A stretch of DNA of 64,000 nucleotides from an uncultured Acidobacteriota bacterium (GCA_963825175.1 CAWGSA010000001.1:50576-114575); one strand, 5' to 3'. Shown: positions 27,273 to 37,033, numbered from the stretch's first letter. Numbers and translations: made by a program. Notes: a model not told the origin generated them from the sequence alone.

Positions 27273-28172
27273 GTGGACACCTTCCTCGACCACCGCCTCT
27301 TTCGCGTCGGGGGCGCGCCGGTCACGGTCGGGAGTCTGATCGCGTTCGTCGCGATCCTGGCCCTGTCCTTCCTCGTGTCGCGCCTGGTCCAGCGGCTCGT
27401 GGTCAACCGGCTCCTCACGCACCGCCTGAATCTCGGCGTGCGCTACGCGATCGGCCGTTTCTTGCGCTACGTGATCCTCCTGGTGGGCACGTTCATTGCG
27501 CTGGAGACCGTCGGCGTCAGCGTCGGGGCTCTGGCAGCATTTTTCGCGGCGCTCGGCGTGGGAATCGGCTTCGGCCTGCAGGACATCGCCAAGAATTTCG
27601 TATCCGGTTTGATCCTCTTGGTCGAGCGGCCGATCCAGGTGGGCGATCGCATCGACATCGGTGACGCCAGCGGCGACGTCGTCGAGATCCGCACGCGGGC
27701 CACGGTCGTGCGCACCAACGACGATGTGCACCTGATCATCCCCAACTCGAAGTTCATCTCCGACACCGTGACCAACCGTTCCTACGGGAACCCGCGCGTC
27801 CGCTACCGGGCGCCGATCGGCGTGGCCTACGGCTCCGACCCCCGGCGCGTGGAGAACGCCCTTCTGGAAGCCGCGCGGTCGAGCCCCGGCGTCCTGGACA
27901 ACCCTGCCCCCACCGTCCGCTTCCGCGGATTCGGCGAGTCGTCGCTCGACTTCGAGCTCCAATGCTGGACCTCGGCCATGCTCCACCGCCAGGGAGCCTT
28001 CCGCAGCGACCTGAATTTCGCCATTCACGATGTGCTGAAGGCCCGAGGGATCGAAATCCCCTTCCCCCAACGCGACGTCCGCGTCCGGCTCTCGAGCGAA
28101 GCGTCCTTCAGAGAGAAAGGCGACGCGCCGGCACGGAAGGTGCAATCCCCAGCGGCGGAGGATCACTCATGA
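27273..28172 (+). CDS. MscS-family mechanosensitive channel
   Basis: 299 aa with three N-terminal TM segments and GFGLQDIAKNFVSGLILLVERPIQVGDRI..G.VVEI..RATVVRTNDD..IIPNS. Confidence 0.85.
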   Translation: MDTFLDHRLFRVGGAPVTVGSLIAFVAILALSFLVSRLVQRLVVNRLLTHRLNLGVRYAIGRFLRYVILLVGTFIALETVGVSVGALAAFFAALGVGIGFGLQDIAKNFVSGLILLVERPIQVGDRIDIGDASGDVVEIRTRATVVRTNDDVHLIIPNSKFISDTVTNRSYGNPRVRYRAPIGVAYGSDPRRVENALLEAARSSPGVLDNPAPTVRFRGFGESSLDFELQCWTSAMLHRQGAFRSDLNFAIHDVLKARGIEIPFPQRDVRVRLSSEASFREKGDAPARKVQSPAAEDHS

Positions 28173-28372
28173 ACCGCGACGAGATCGAAGGCAAGAAAGA
28201 GAATTTCAAGGGCCGCGTCAAGGAGGCCACCGGCGTCCTGACCGGCAACGAGGACCTCGAGACCGAAGGCGCCGGCGAGCGCTCGGAAGGCGCTCTGCGA
28301 GAGAAGAGCGGCACCCTCCGACGCAAGGTCGGCGAGGCACTCGAGGACCTCGGCAAGAACGTCAAGAGATAG
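28169..28372 (+). CDS. CsbD-family stress protein
   Basis: ATG 28169 overlaps the mscS stop (ATGA). Sequence MNRDEIEGKKENFKGRVKEATGVLTGNEDLETEGAGERSEGALREKSG. Confidence 0.8.
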   Translation: MNRDEIEGKKENFKGRVKEATGVLTGNEDLETEGAGERSEGALREKSGTLRRKVGEALEDLGKNVKR

Positions 28373-28383
28373 TCGTTTTCGCG

Positions 28384-28425
28384 CGGGAGGCGCGACGCGG
28401 AAGGCGGGAGGCGGAAAGCGGAAGG
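28384..28425. repeat. Heptamer array (CGGRAGG)x6 downstream of csbD
   Basis: cgggagg cgcgacg cggaagg cgggagg cggaaag cggaagg, read directly. Confidence 0.85.
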
Positions 28426-28482
28426 CGCCGCATCTGGGCGTTTTCTGTTTGAGCCGCGCCTCGGTTCGGGAATAATGCTCGA

Positions 28483-30435
28483 ATGGCGAGCCCCAAACCG
28501 ATCCGCCGCTCCGCCGAGCCGGCGATCCCCCGCATGCGCCCCCGCGAGCACCGGTTCGAAGACGCCACGACGTTGTACGGGATTCCCAACTGGGGCAAGG
28601 GCTTCTTCCAGGTCTCGGAGGAGGGCGATCTCCTGGTGCGCCCCACCCGCGAGGCCGCCAAGAGCGTGGCTCTCAAGGCCATCGTGGACGAAGTGGCGCT
28701 GCGCGGGATCACCACACCCATGATCGTGCGTTTCCCGCAGATCCTGGCCTCGGCCGTCAACAGCCTGAACGATGCCTTCGCCCGCGCCATCGAAGAGTAC
28801 GGATATCAGAACGTCTTTCGCGGCGTCTTCCCGATCAAGGTCAACCAAAAGCGGGTCGTGGTGGAGAAGATCATCGAGGCCGGACGCCGCTACGGCTACG
28901 GCTTGGAGGCGGGATCGAAGCCCGAGCTCCTGGCGGCCCTTTCCGCCGACCTGTCTCCCGATTGCCTGATCACCTGCAACGGCTACAAGGACGAGACGTT
29001 CATTCGCATGGCCTTGAACGGCGTGCGCATGAAGAAGAAAGTCGTCCTGGTGCTGGAAAAGGTGTCCGAGCTCGATCGGATCCTCTCCGTGGCCAAGGAT
29101 CGCGGCGTGCGGCCGCTGATGGGCATGCGCGCGAAGCTGTACGCACGCGGCTCGGGCAAGTGGGCCAAGTCCGGCGGGGAGGCCGCCAAGTTCGGCCTGA
29201 CCACGCCGGAGATGCTCGAGGCGGTCAAAATCCTGAAATCGCGCCGCATGCTCGACGCGATGGTGATGCTTCATTTCCACATCGGCTCGCAGATCACCGA
29301 CATCCGCAAGGTCAAGCTCGCGATCCGCGAGGCCGGCCGCGTGTACGCCAAGCTGCGAGCGCTGGGCGTTCCCATCCAGTACCTGAACCTGGGAGGCGGG
29401 CTGGGCGTCGACTACGACGGCTCGAAGACGGCGTTCGACTCGTCGATGAACTACTCGGTCTCGGAGTACGCCAACGACGTCGTCTATACCATCAAGCAGA
29501 TCTGCGACGAGGAGAACGTGCCGCACCCGACTCTGGTGACCGAGTCCGGCCGCGCGGTGACCGCCTTTCACTCCGTGCTCATCACCAACGTCCTGGACGT
29601 GGCCGATCGCATCGACCAGGGGCGAAAGGTACGCGTCACGTCCAACGATCCTCCGGTCATCCAGGAGCTCGCCGGCATCCTGGCCGGCGCCAATGCCAAG
29701 AACCTGCGCGAGAGCTACCACGACGCCATCCAGTACAAGGAGGAGCTGTTCACGCTGTTCAACCTCGGCCACCTGTCCCTGGAGGACCGCTCCAAGGGAG
29801 AGATCCTCTTCTGGCAGATCTGCGAGCGGATCCACCGAGACCTGAAGACCTTGAAGGAAATCCCCGAAGAGTTCGAGGACATGGAGAAGATGCTGGCCGA
29901 CACCTACGTGATGAACTTCTCCGTCTTCCAGTCGCTGCCCGATTCGTGGGCCATCGACCAGCTCTTCCCCATTCTGCCGATCCACCGGTTGAACGAGCGG
30001 CCCACGGAGGTGGCGACGCTCGCCGACATCACATGCGATTCCGACGGAAAAATCGACAAGTTCATCGACCTCCGGGACATCAAGGAGACCCTTCCGCTCC
30101 ACGTCTTCCGACCGGACGAGCCGTACTACGTGGCCTTCTGCCTCATGGGCGCCTATCAGGACGTGCTGGGCGACCTGCACAACCTCTTCGGCGAGGCCCA
30201 CGAGGTCCTGGTCACCATCGACGACGACGGGAAGCCGCGGATCGAGGACGTGCTCCCGGGCGAATCGTGCGAGCGCGTCCTGGAGTACATGAACTACGAC
30301 AAGACCGAGATCCTCGACTCCATCGGCCGCCAGCTGCGCCGTGTCGCCAACCGGCCCATCAAGAAGGACGAGCTGCAGGCGATCTTCCGCGAGTTCGAGG
30401 CGGTGTTCCCGCGGTATACGTACCTGGAGAGGTAG
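28483..30435 (+). CDS. speA: Biosynthetic arginine decarboxylase
   Basis: 650 aa with YGIPNWGKGFF, FPIKVNQ, GLEAGSKPEL, HFHIGSQI and NLGGGLGVDYDG, as in SpeA. Confidence 0.92.
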   Translation: MASPKPIRRSAEPAIPRMRPREHRFEDATTLYGIPNWGKGFFQVSEEGDLLVRPTREAAKSVALKAIVDEVALRGITTPMIVRFPQILASAVNSLNDAFARAIEEYGYQNVFRGVFPIKVNQKRVVVEKIIEAGRRYGYGLEAGSKPELLAALSADLSPDCLITCNGYKDETFIRMALNGVRMKKKVVLVLEKVSELDRILSVAKDRGVRPLMGMRAKLYARGSGKWAKSGGEAAKFGLTTPEMLEAVKILKSRRMLDAMVMLHFHIGSQITDIRKVKLAIREAGRVYAKLRALGVPIQYLNLGGGLGVDYDGSKTAFDSSMNYSVSEYANDVVYTIKQICDEENVPHPTLVTESGRAVTAFHSVLITNVLDVADRIDQGRKVRVTSNDPPVIQELAGILAGANAKNLRESYHDAIQYKEELFTLFNLGHLSLEDRSKGEILFWQICERIHRDLKTLKEIPEEFEDMEKMLADTYVMNFSVFQSLPDSWAIDQLFPILPIHRLNERPTEVATLADITCDSDGKIDKFIDLRDIKETLPLHVFRPDEPYYVAFCLMGAYQDVLGDLHNLFGEAHEVLVTIDDDGKPRIEDVLPGESCERVLEYMNYDKTEILDSIGRQLRRVANRPIKKDELQAIFREFEAVFPRYTYLER

Positions 30436-30498
30436 TGCGAGGTTCTCCGTGCGAGGTTCTCCGTTCCCGGTCCGAACGGAGAACCGAGAGCGTCGCAC
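30436..30498 (+). terminator. Repeat-built hairpin after speA: 14-nt direct repeat (gtgcgaggttctcc x2) pairing with ggagaacc..gtcgcac
   Basis: ggttctccg (30455-30463) and cggagaacc (30477-30485) are perfect complements, and the outer gtgcga/tcgcac also pair. No clear U-tract follows, so terminator function is an inference. Confidence 0.5.
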
Positions 30499-30568
30499 GT
30501 GGCACGATCCGTATGACTTCGCCCTTCCAGGCCAGGAACTGGACGCCCCGTGAATGGAGCCGGCGAAG

Positions 30569-30962
30569 ATGAGAAGAACGGTCTCCTCTGGAACGCCCTG
30601 GGAGCCGGTCGTGGGCTACTCCCGCGCGGTGCGGGTGGGTTCTGTCGTCCACGTCTCCGGGACCACCGGCGACCGGACCCGACGGGAAGATCGTCGGACT
30701 CGGCGATCCCTACGCCCAGACGGTCCAGGCGTTGAAGAACATCGCATCGGCTCTGGAAAAAGCAGGCGCCGCGCTCACCGACGTCGCGCGCACGCGGATC
30801 TACGTCACGAACATCGATGACTGGGAGAAAATCGGGCGCGCCCACGGGGAGGTCTTCGGATCGATCCGGCCGGCGACGTCCATGGTCGAGATCTCGCGCC
30901 TGATCTCGCCGGAAATGCTGGTCGAGATCGAAGCCGAAGCGATCGTCTCCGCGGAAAAGTAG
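30569..30962 (+). pseudogene. RidA/YjgF-family (Rid) protein, frameshifted near 30671-30680
   Basis: [34 protein letters not shown] (track ORF 30554..) continues in another frame as [52 protein letters not shown] (track ORF 30732..30962). Confidence 0.8.
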
Positions 30963-30983
30963 AGACCGCCTTCCGCCTTCCGA

Positions 30984-33303
30984 TCAATACAGCAGATACT
31001 TCAGTCGCCGCTTCTCGAACTCCTCGAGCTCCTTCTGCCACGAGGCGACGATGCGCGGTGCAGGCTCCCCGCGGTCAAGCCTGTCGTAGGCGTCCTGGTT
31101 GGCGAGAAGCTTGAGGAATCCCGCGCGCTCCCAATCGGCGGGGTACAGGTCGCGCAGCACGGCGGCGATCTCGATGCCCAGAGCGACCGCGCGCAGCGCT
31201 TCCCGCTCGACCAGGTCGACCCGGACCCCTCCGCAGACCTGACCGGCGTAGAGGCTCGCGTTCGGAGTGAAACGCGTCGGGGAGAAACGGACCCCGGGAA
31301 GAGCCCGCGCCGCGAGCACCCGCGCCAGGCGCGCCCCGTCGATCCACGGAGCGCCGAGGATCTCAAAGGGCGTGTCCGTGCCGCGGCCCACCGAGACGTT
31401 GGTTGTCTCGAGCAGCCCGATCCCCGGGTACAGCGCCGCCGCGGCGAGGGAGCGCATGTTGGGGGACGGATGGACCCACTCGAGCCCGGTCTCGTCGTAC
31501 CACAGATGACGCGACCAGCCTCGCATCCGGACGACCTGGAGGTCCGCCCCGATCCTGCGTTCCGCGTTGAAGAGGAGAGCCAGCTCTCCCACCGTCATGC
31601 CCGTGCGGACCGGAATCGAATGGTAGGCGGTGAAGGACAGCTTGTCGGCGTCGGCCAGGGGGCCCTCGACCAGGTCGGCGCCGATGGGATCCGGCCGGTC
31701 GAGCACGACCACGGGAACCCTCGCTTTCGCCGCCCCTTCCAGGACGTATCCGAGGGTGGCCAGATACGTATAGAAGCGCGTTCCGACGTCCTGGATGTCG
31801 AAGACGATCGCATCGAGCCCTTCGAAGTCCTCCGGGCGCGGGCGCTCGCTCTCCCCGTAAAGGGACCGCACCGGCAGCCTCGTGGCGGCGTCGATGCCGT
31901 CGGCCACCCGTTCTTCGGCGCGGATGCTCAGGCCGTGCTCCGGCGAGAAGAGGCGGACCAGCTGCACGCCCGCCCGGCGCGCCGGCTCCGACGTCAGCGC
32001 CTCGACGGTCGTTTTTCCCTCGCGGGTCCGGCCGGTAGCGTTCGTGACGAGGCCGACGCGGCGCCCGGCGATCTGGCGAAAGCCGTCGGCCGCGAGCGCG
32101 TCGATGCCCGCGGAGACTTCGCGGGTGCGGTGCGGCAGCCGCTCCTCCAGCTGCCGGGCCCGAGCAGCCACATCCTCGTGGATCGAGGCCGCAACGATGT
32201 TGGACACGAGCGCGCGCAGGCGCAGCACGTCCCCCTTCCCGTCCGGGTGCACGCGGTTGGAGAGAAGCAGGACGTAGGTCTGAGAGGCCGGATCGATCCA
32301 CAGCGAGGTCCCCGTGAATCCGGTGTGCCCGAACGAGCCGGGAGGGAAGAGATCGCCCCGGACGCCGGAGTAGCCGGTCTGCGATGTCGAACCCCAGCCC
32401 GCGCAGGTCCTCGTCGCCCTCGTCGCGGGGACGCGTCATCGCAGCCACGGTCAAGGGCGACAGAATCCGCGCGCGCCCGAGCCGGCCGTCCCCCAGGATC
32501 ATCCGGCAGAATTTCGAGAGATCGTCGGCGGTCGAGAACAGGCCGGCGTGGCCGGCGACGCCGCCCAGCGCGTACGCCCGCGGATCGTGGACCTCTCCCC
32601 GCATCCATCGGCCCTCCCGCTGCTCGGTCGGCGCGAACCGCGAAACGCCGCGGCTGGGAGAAACGCCGGCGAGTGGCCGAAACCCCGTGTCCTTCATTCC
32701 CAGCGGGCGGAAGATCCGCTCCGCCGCAAACCGGTCCAGCGTCTCCCCCGAGACGCGCCGGACGACCTCGCCCAGCACTTCGTAACCGGCGTCGGAGTAC
32801 ACGAAGCGGCTGCCGGGCGGATTCGCCAGCGGCTGACGGAACTTCCGCGCGAAAATCTCCTCGGGAGTGCCGGTGTAGAGCTCCAGCGGATCGTCGGGCG
32901 GCAGACCGGCGCGGTGCGTCAGGAGCTGACCGATCGTGACCTTGGCCCGCTCGGGCCCCCCCGCGGCGAAGTCCGGGAGGAACCGGACCACCGGATCGGC
33001 CAGCCGCAGCCTGCCTTCCTGGACCAGGAGCATCACGGACGGCGCGGTGGCCACGGTCTTGGTCAGAGACGCCAGATCGAAGATCGTGTCGACGGTCATC
33101 GGCTCGACGGACGGCGCGACCGCGCGGTTCCCGAAGGCCTTCCGGAATACAATTTTCTTATTGTGTCCGACGAGGACCACCGCTCCGGGTAACTCTTTCC
33201 GCGCGATCGCCTGGCGCACGACCGCGTCGATTCCCGGGAGCTTGTCCGCCGCCGGGCGAGCCGGAACGACGGCCGCGGTCAGCAGGAGAACGGCGGCGAT
33301 CAT
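30984..33303 (-). pseudogene. namZ: Fusion of a beta-lactamase-fold serine hydrolase (AmiE/YbbE-like MurNAc-L-Ala amidase) with a DUF1343 exo-beta-N-acetylmuramidase (NamZ/YbbC-like); one frameshift near 32382
   Basis: ATG 33303 (ATGA overlap with the SSS gene stop). Signal peptide MIAAVLLLTAAVVPARPAA, then DLASLTKTVAT (SxxK) and YSDAGY..HAGLFSTADD. The sequence ..GLGFDI|[38 protein letters not shown] runs into track ORF 30984..32252, which is DUF1343-like ([36 protein letters not shown]). Confidence 0.8.
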
Positions 33304-35087
33304 GCCTTTTCCCTGACCAGCCCGGTCACCAGGAGGGCGCCGGAGGCCGCGAGGATCAATCCGAAAACGAGGGTCTGCCGCGACAGGTGGAAGATCACCC
33401 CCTCCGCCGCGAACATGATCGAGTAGACGAAGGCGATGCCCACGATCCACATGCCGAAGTTGCGGGCGATCTCTCCCGGCGGCGGCGCGATCCCGGTCCG
33501 GCGCGCCACCGGCCCCCACCCCCTTCCCGCCGGTCGCACCTTTTCGTAGAACGCGGCCAGCGTGTCGTCCGGCTCCGGGCGGGTGGCGAATGTCACCACC
33601 AGCCACACCACCGTCGTCACGGCGGTCGTGATGATCAGGTTCAATGCGAACCCCCTCGGCGTCGCAGGATCGAAGACGCCGCGCAGCGTCAACGACGTCA
33701 GCAGGGCCGAGGCCATCGCCGCGACCTCCGACCACGCGTTCACCCGCCACCAGTACCAGCGCAGGATGTAGACCAGGCCGGTTCCCGCGCCGAGCGTCAG
33801 GAGGAGCTCCCACACCTTGCTGATCTGATTCATGAAGATCGTCACCACGATCGAGAGCACCAGCGTCACCATGGTGGCGAAGCGGGATGCGATCACGTAG
33901 TGGCGCTCCGTGGCGCCCTTGCGCAGAAAGCGGCGATAGAGATCGTTGACCAGATAGCTCGATCCCCAGTTCATCTGCGTGGCCTGGGTCGACATGTAGG
34001 CCGCGGCGAAGCTCGCGAGCATCAGGCCGCGCAGGCCGACGGGCAGGTCGTCCACCATCATGCGAACGTAGTTCAGGCCCGGATCCTCGGCTCCCGACGC
34101 GGTGCGCACCGACCCGCCGAAGGCGGCCAGCGAGCACAGGGCGGTGACGACCCACGGCCAGCTGCGCAGCGCGTAGTGCGCGACGTTGAAGAAGAGGGCC
34201 GCCCCGCGGCTGTGCCGCTCGTCCTTGGTGGCCAGCATGTTCTGCGCGACGTAGCCGCCGCCGCCCGGCTCCGCGCCCGGATACCACGAGGCCCACCAGT
34301 TGAGCCCCAAAAGCGCCGCCAGCGAGACGACGGGAAGGACCCAGACGCCGTCCGAGGCCGAAGGCCAGATCGCCAGGATCGCCGCGGCCGATCCGAACGT
34401 CGCTCCGGGAGGCGAGCCCGAAGGGTGGGCCAGCCCCACCCGCGATTTCATGGCCTCGATCCCGCCCACGGCTTCGACCGAGACGACCGCGAGCACGATC
34501 GCGCCCCCCATTTCGAAGAGGTACTGGATCCCATGGTTGGCCGCGACGCCCCAGTAGCCGGAGACGACGGTGTACAGAAAGGTCAGCAGGAGGCAGACCA
34601 CGAGGGCGGTCCAACGGGAGACGCCGAGCGTCCCCCCCAGGACCTTGGCCATCCCGAGGTTGACCCAACCCATGATGATGAGGTTGACCATCAGTCCCAT
34701 GTACGCCGCGCGGAAGCCGCGCAGGAACGCCGCCGGCCGCCCGGCGTAGCGCAGCTCCGTCAGCTCGACGTCGGTCACCACGGCCGCCCGCCTCCAGAGC
34801 CTGGCGAAGAAGAAGACCGTGAGCATTCCCGAGGGCAGCATCGACCACCACAGCCAGTTGCCGGCGACGCCGTTCTTGACGACCATCTCGGTGACCGCCA
34901 GCGGCGTGTCGGCGGAGAACGTCGTCGCCACCATCGCCGTGCCCGCCAGCCACCAGGGCATGGAGCGGGCCGAGAGGAAGTAGTCGAGCATCGACCGCTT
35001 GGCCCGGCGGGCGAAGAAGAGGCCCAGGCCGAGGATCAGCACGAAATACCCGCTGACGATCGCGAAGTCGATCGTGTGAAGTTTCAT
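33300..35087 (-). CDS. Sodium:solute symporter (SSS) family transporter
   Basis: 595 aa with about 13 TM segments, beginning MKLHTIDFAIVSGYFVLILGLGLFFARRAKRSMLDYFLSARSMPWWLAGTAMVATTFSADTPL, typical of SSS N-termini. Confidence 0.85.
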   Translation of the reverse strand: MKLHTIDFAIVSGYFVLILGLGLFFARRAKRSMLDYFLSARSMPWWLAGTAMVATTFSADTPLAVTEMVVKNGVAGNWLWWSMLPSGMLTVFFFARLWRRAAVVTDVELTELRYAGRPAAFLRGFRAAYMGLMVNLIIMGWVNLGMAKVLGGTLGVSRWTALVVCLLLTFLYTVVSGYWGVAANHGIQYLFEMGGAIVLAVVSVEAVGGIEAMKSRVGLAHPSGSPPGATFGSAAAILAIWPSASDGVWVLPVVSLAALLGLNWWASWYPGAEPGGGGYVAQNMLATKDERHSRGAALFFNVAHYALRSWPWVVTALCSLAAFGGSVRTASGAEDPGLNYVRMMVDDLPVGLRGLMLASFAAAYMSTQATQMNWGSSYLVNDLYRRFLRKGATERHYVIASRFATMVTLVLSIVVTIFMNQISKVWELLLTLGAGTGLVYILRWYWWRVNAWSEVAAMASALLTSLTLRGVFDPATPRGFALNLIITTAVTTVVWLVVTFATRPEPDDTLAAFYEKVRPAGRGWGPVARRTGIAPPPGEIARNFGMWIVGIAFVYSIMFAAEGVIFHLSRQTLVFGLILAASGALLVTGLVREKA

Positions 35088-35099
35088 CGAGGCGCCTTC

Positions 35100-35207
35100 G
35101 ACTGAGGACTGAGGACTGTGGACTGCGGACTCACGCGGGTTTTGCCGAGAGGCATCCTGGCCCTGGCCGTTTCAGTCCTCAGTCCTCGGTCCGCAGTCCT
35201 CGGTCCG
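35100..35207. repeat. Inverted heptamer arrays: (GACTGNG)x5 at 35100-35134 and (CAGTCCT/CGGTCCG)x5 at 35173-35207
   Basis: Read directly. 35104-35118 (gaggactgaggactg) is the exact reverse complement of 35173-35187. The arrays fill the nagZ-to-SSS intergenic gap. Confidence 0.9.
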
Positions 35208-35208
35208 A

Positions 35209-36963
35209 TCAATGGGTCCTCTCGATTTGAAGCCCGCTGCCTCGCTCCGCGATCCCTGGGATCGTCACCGGCGTGCGACCGGTGATGGCGGCTTCGCCCA
35301 GGAGCGCCCGCGCGGCGGCGACCTGCGAATCGGACTGGCCGCCCCACGCCAGCAGGCACGTCTTCATGTCCGGGAGGTCGGCCACGAGGTAGGGAGAGCC
35401 GAACGAGAGGACGATGACCGGCACCCTGCCGGCGACGAGCACGCGGGCGGTCTGCGCTCCAATCTCCGGAAGGGCGATCGTGCCCCGGCCGCTCTGAAAC
35501 CTCACGAAGAGCGCGATCAGGACGACGTCCGCGCGGGCCGCGGCGTCGAGCACGGTCTGTCCGTCGGCCGGCGTGGAGCGCGCGTCGAGCGTGACGCGCT
35601 CGAGGGATGCGGACACCTTGGGCTGGAGCGCGCCGGCCAGATCGTCCCCGGCATGGGCGGCCGAGTCCGTGATTGCCACGAGCAGGACGCGGCGGCCCGG
35701 CGCCAGCGGGAGGACCCCCGCCTCCTCGCGCAGCAGGGTCAGGGAGCGGCGCGCGATCTCCTCGGCCACGGCCCGGTGCCGCGGAGCGTCGACCACCCCG
35801 AAGATCCGATCGAGATCGGGACGCGGCGCGCCCACACGCTCCTTGGCCGCCAGGATGCGCGCGACGGACTGGTCGAGGCGCTCGCGGGAGATACGGCCGT
35901 CCAGGACGGCGCGGCGGACGCCGGCGATGGCGGCGTCGGTATCGGGCGACTTCACAGCCTGGTCCGCGCCGGCCAGGATCGCGCGCACCGCGGCCTCGCC
36001 GGCGTCATAGTGGTCGACGATGCCTCCCATCTCGAGCGCGTCCGTGACCACGAGCCCACGAAAACCGAGGTCGCCGCGCAGCAGTCCGCCCGTGATCTTC
36101 TCGGAGAGGGACGCCGGAATCGTTCCCCCCTGCGTCACGTCGGCGGGATTCCGGGTGTACGGATTCTCCTTTTCTCCACCGGGCCGCGGCGGCGCCGGCG
36201 TCGGATCGATGTTGGGAAGCGCCATGTGCTCCGTCATCACGGACCAGACGCCGGCCGCGATCGCAGCCCGAAACGGCACGAGCTCGACGCGATCGAGGCG
36301 CTCGCGCGTGGCCTCGGACACGGGCAGCGAGCGGTGGGAATCGGTCCACGTGTTGCCATGTCCGGGAAAGTGCTTGACCGTCGCGATCACGCCCCGCGAC
36401 TGGACCCCCTCCACGAACGCCGTCACGAAGCGCGCGACGTCTTGCGGGTCCTCGCCGAAGCTGCGGACGTTGATGACCGGGTTGTCCGGATTGTCGTTGA
36501 CGTCGGCCACCGGCGCGTAGATCTGGTTGATTCCCACGGCGCGCGCCTCTTCCGCCACGATCTCTCCCTCGCGCCGGGCGACCTCCGGGTTGCCGGTCGC
36601 CCCGACGGCCATGGCCCACGGCCAGTAGGTCGTGTCCACGAGCCGCATGCCCGGGCCGGCCTCCAGGTCGGCGCTCACCAGCAGCGGCACGCGGGACATG
36701 TCCTGCAGCCGGCGAGTCAGGAACGCCGCCTCGAGAACGTTCGAACCCGAAGCCCAGTGAACTCCGCCCACATGGTTGTCGCGCACCTGGTGGACCAGGG
36801 CTCGGTATTCCGGCGACTCCTCGTTCATGAATCCGGCCCGGGCCACGTAGACGAAGAGCTGCCCGATCTTCTCGTCGAGCGTCAGCTCGGGCCGCCTCGG
36901 GGCGAGGGTGGCGCAGCCGACGGCCAGGCCCGCGAGCAGCACGATCGGACCGCGAAAGCGCAC
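35209..36963 (-). CDS. nagZ: GH3 beta-N-acetylhexosaminidase, lipoprotein
   Basis: GTG 36963. Lipobox LAGLAVGC. Motifs LDEKIGQLF, VNDNPDNPVINVRSFG, KHFPGHG and VVTDALEMGG. Confidence 0.88.
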   Translation of the reverse strand: MRFRGPIVLLAGLAVGCATLAPRRPELTLDEKIGQLFVYVARAGFMNEESPEYRALVHQVRDNHVGGVHWASGSNVLEAAFLTRRLQDMSRVPLLVSADLEAGPGMRLVDTTYWPWAMAVGATGNPEVARREGEIVAEEARAVGINQIYAPVADVNDNPDNPVINVRSFGEDPQDVARFVTAFVEGVQSRGVIATVKHFPGHGNTWTDSHRSLPVSEATRERLDRVELVPFRAAIAAGVWSVMTEHMALPNIDPTPAPPRPGGEKENPYTRNPADVTQGGTIPASLSEKITGGLLRGDLGFRGLVVTDALEMGGIVDHYDAGEAAVRAILAGADQAVKSPDTDAAIAGVRRAVLDGRISRERLDQSVARILAAKERVGAPRPDLDRIFGVVDAPRHRAVAEEIARRSLTLLREEAGVLPLAPGRRVLLVAITDSAAHAGDDLAGALQPKVSASLERVTLDARSTPADGQTVLDAAARADVVLIALFVRFQSGRGTIALPEIGAQTARVLVAGRVPVIVLSFGSPYLVADLPDMKTCLLAWGGQSDSQVAAARALLGEAAITGRTPVTIPGIAERGSGLQIERTH

Positions 36964-37033
36964 TTCGGCGGAAGTCTAACCGTGAATCCCGCGCTCCGGC
37001 CGGCGCGTATCACCAGCAATCGAGGAGCCCGCC

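Noticed and set aside
28108-30498. 796-aa minus-strand ORF covering all of speA
   Set aside because: It is antisense to a strongly conserved SpeA reading frame. Its translation is Arg/Gly/Asp/Leu-rich with no recognisable motifs. Long antisense ORFs are expected in GC-rich DNA with high third-position GC.
31363-34953. 1196-aa minus-strand ORF
   Set aside because: Only residues encoded by about 32385-33303 are real (the AmiE-like domain). The rest is out of frame relative to the SSS transporter and the DUF1343 domain.
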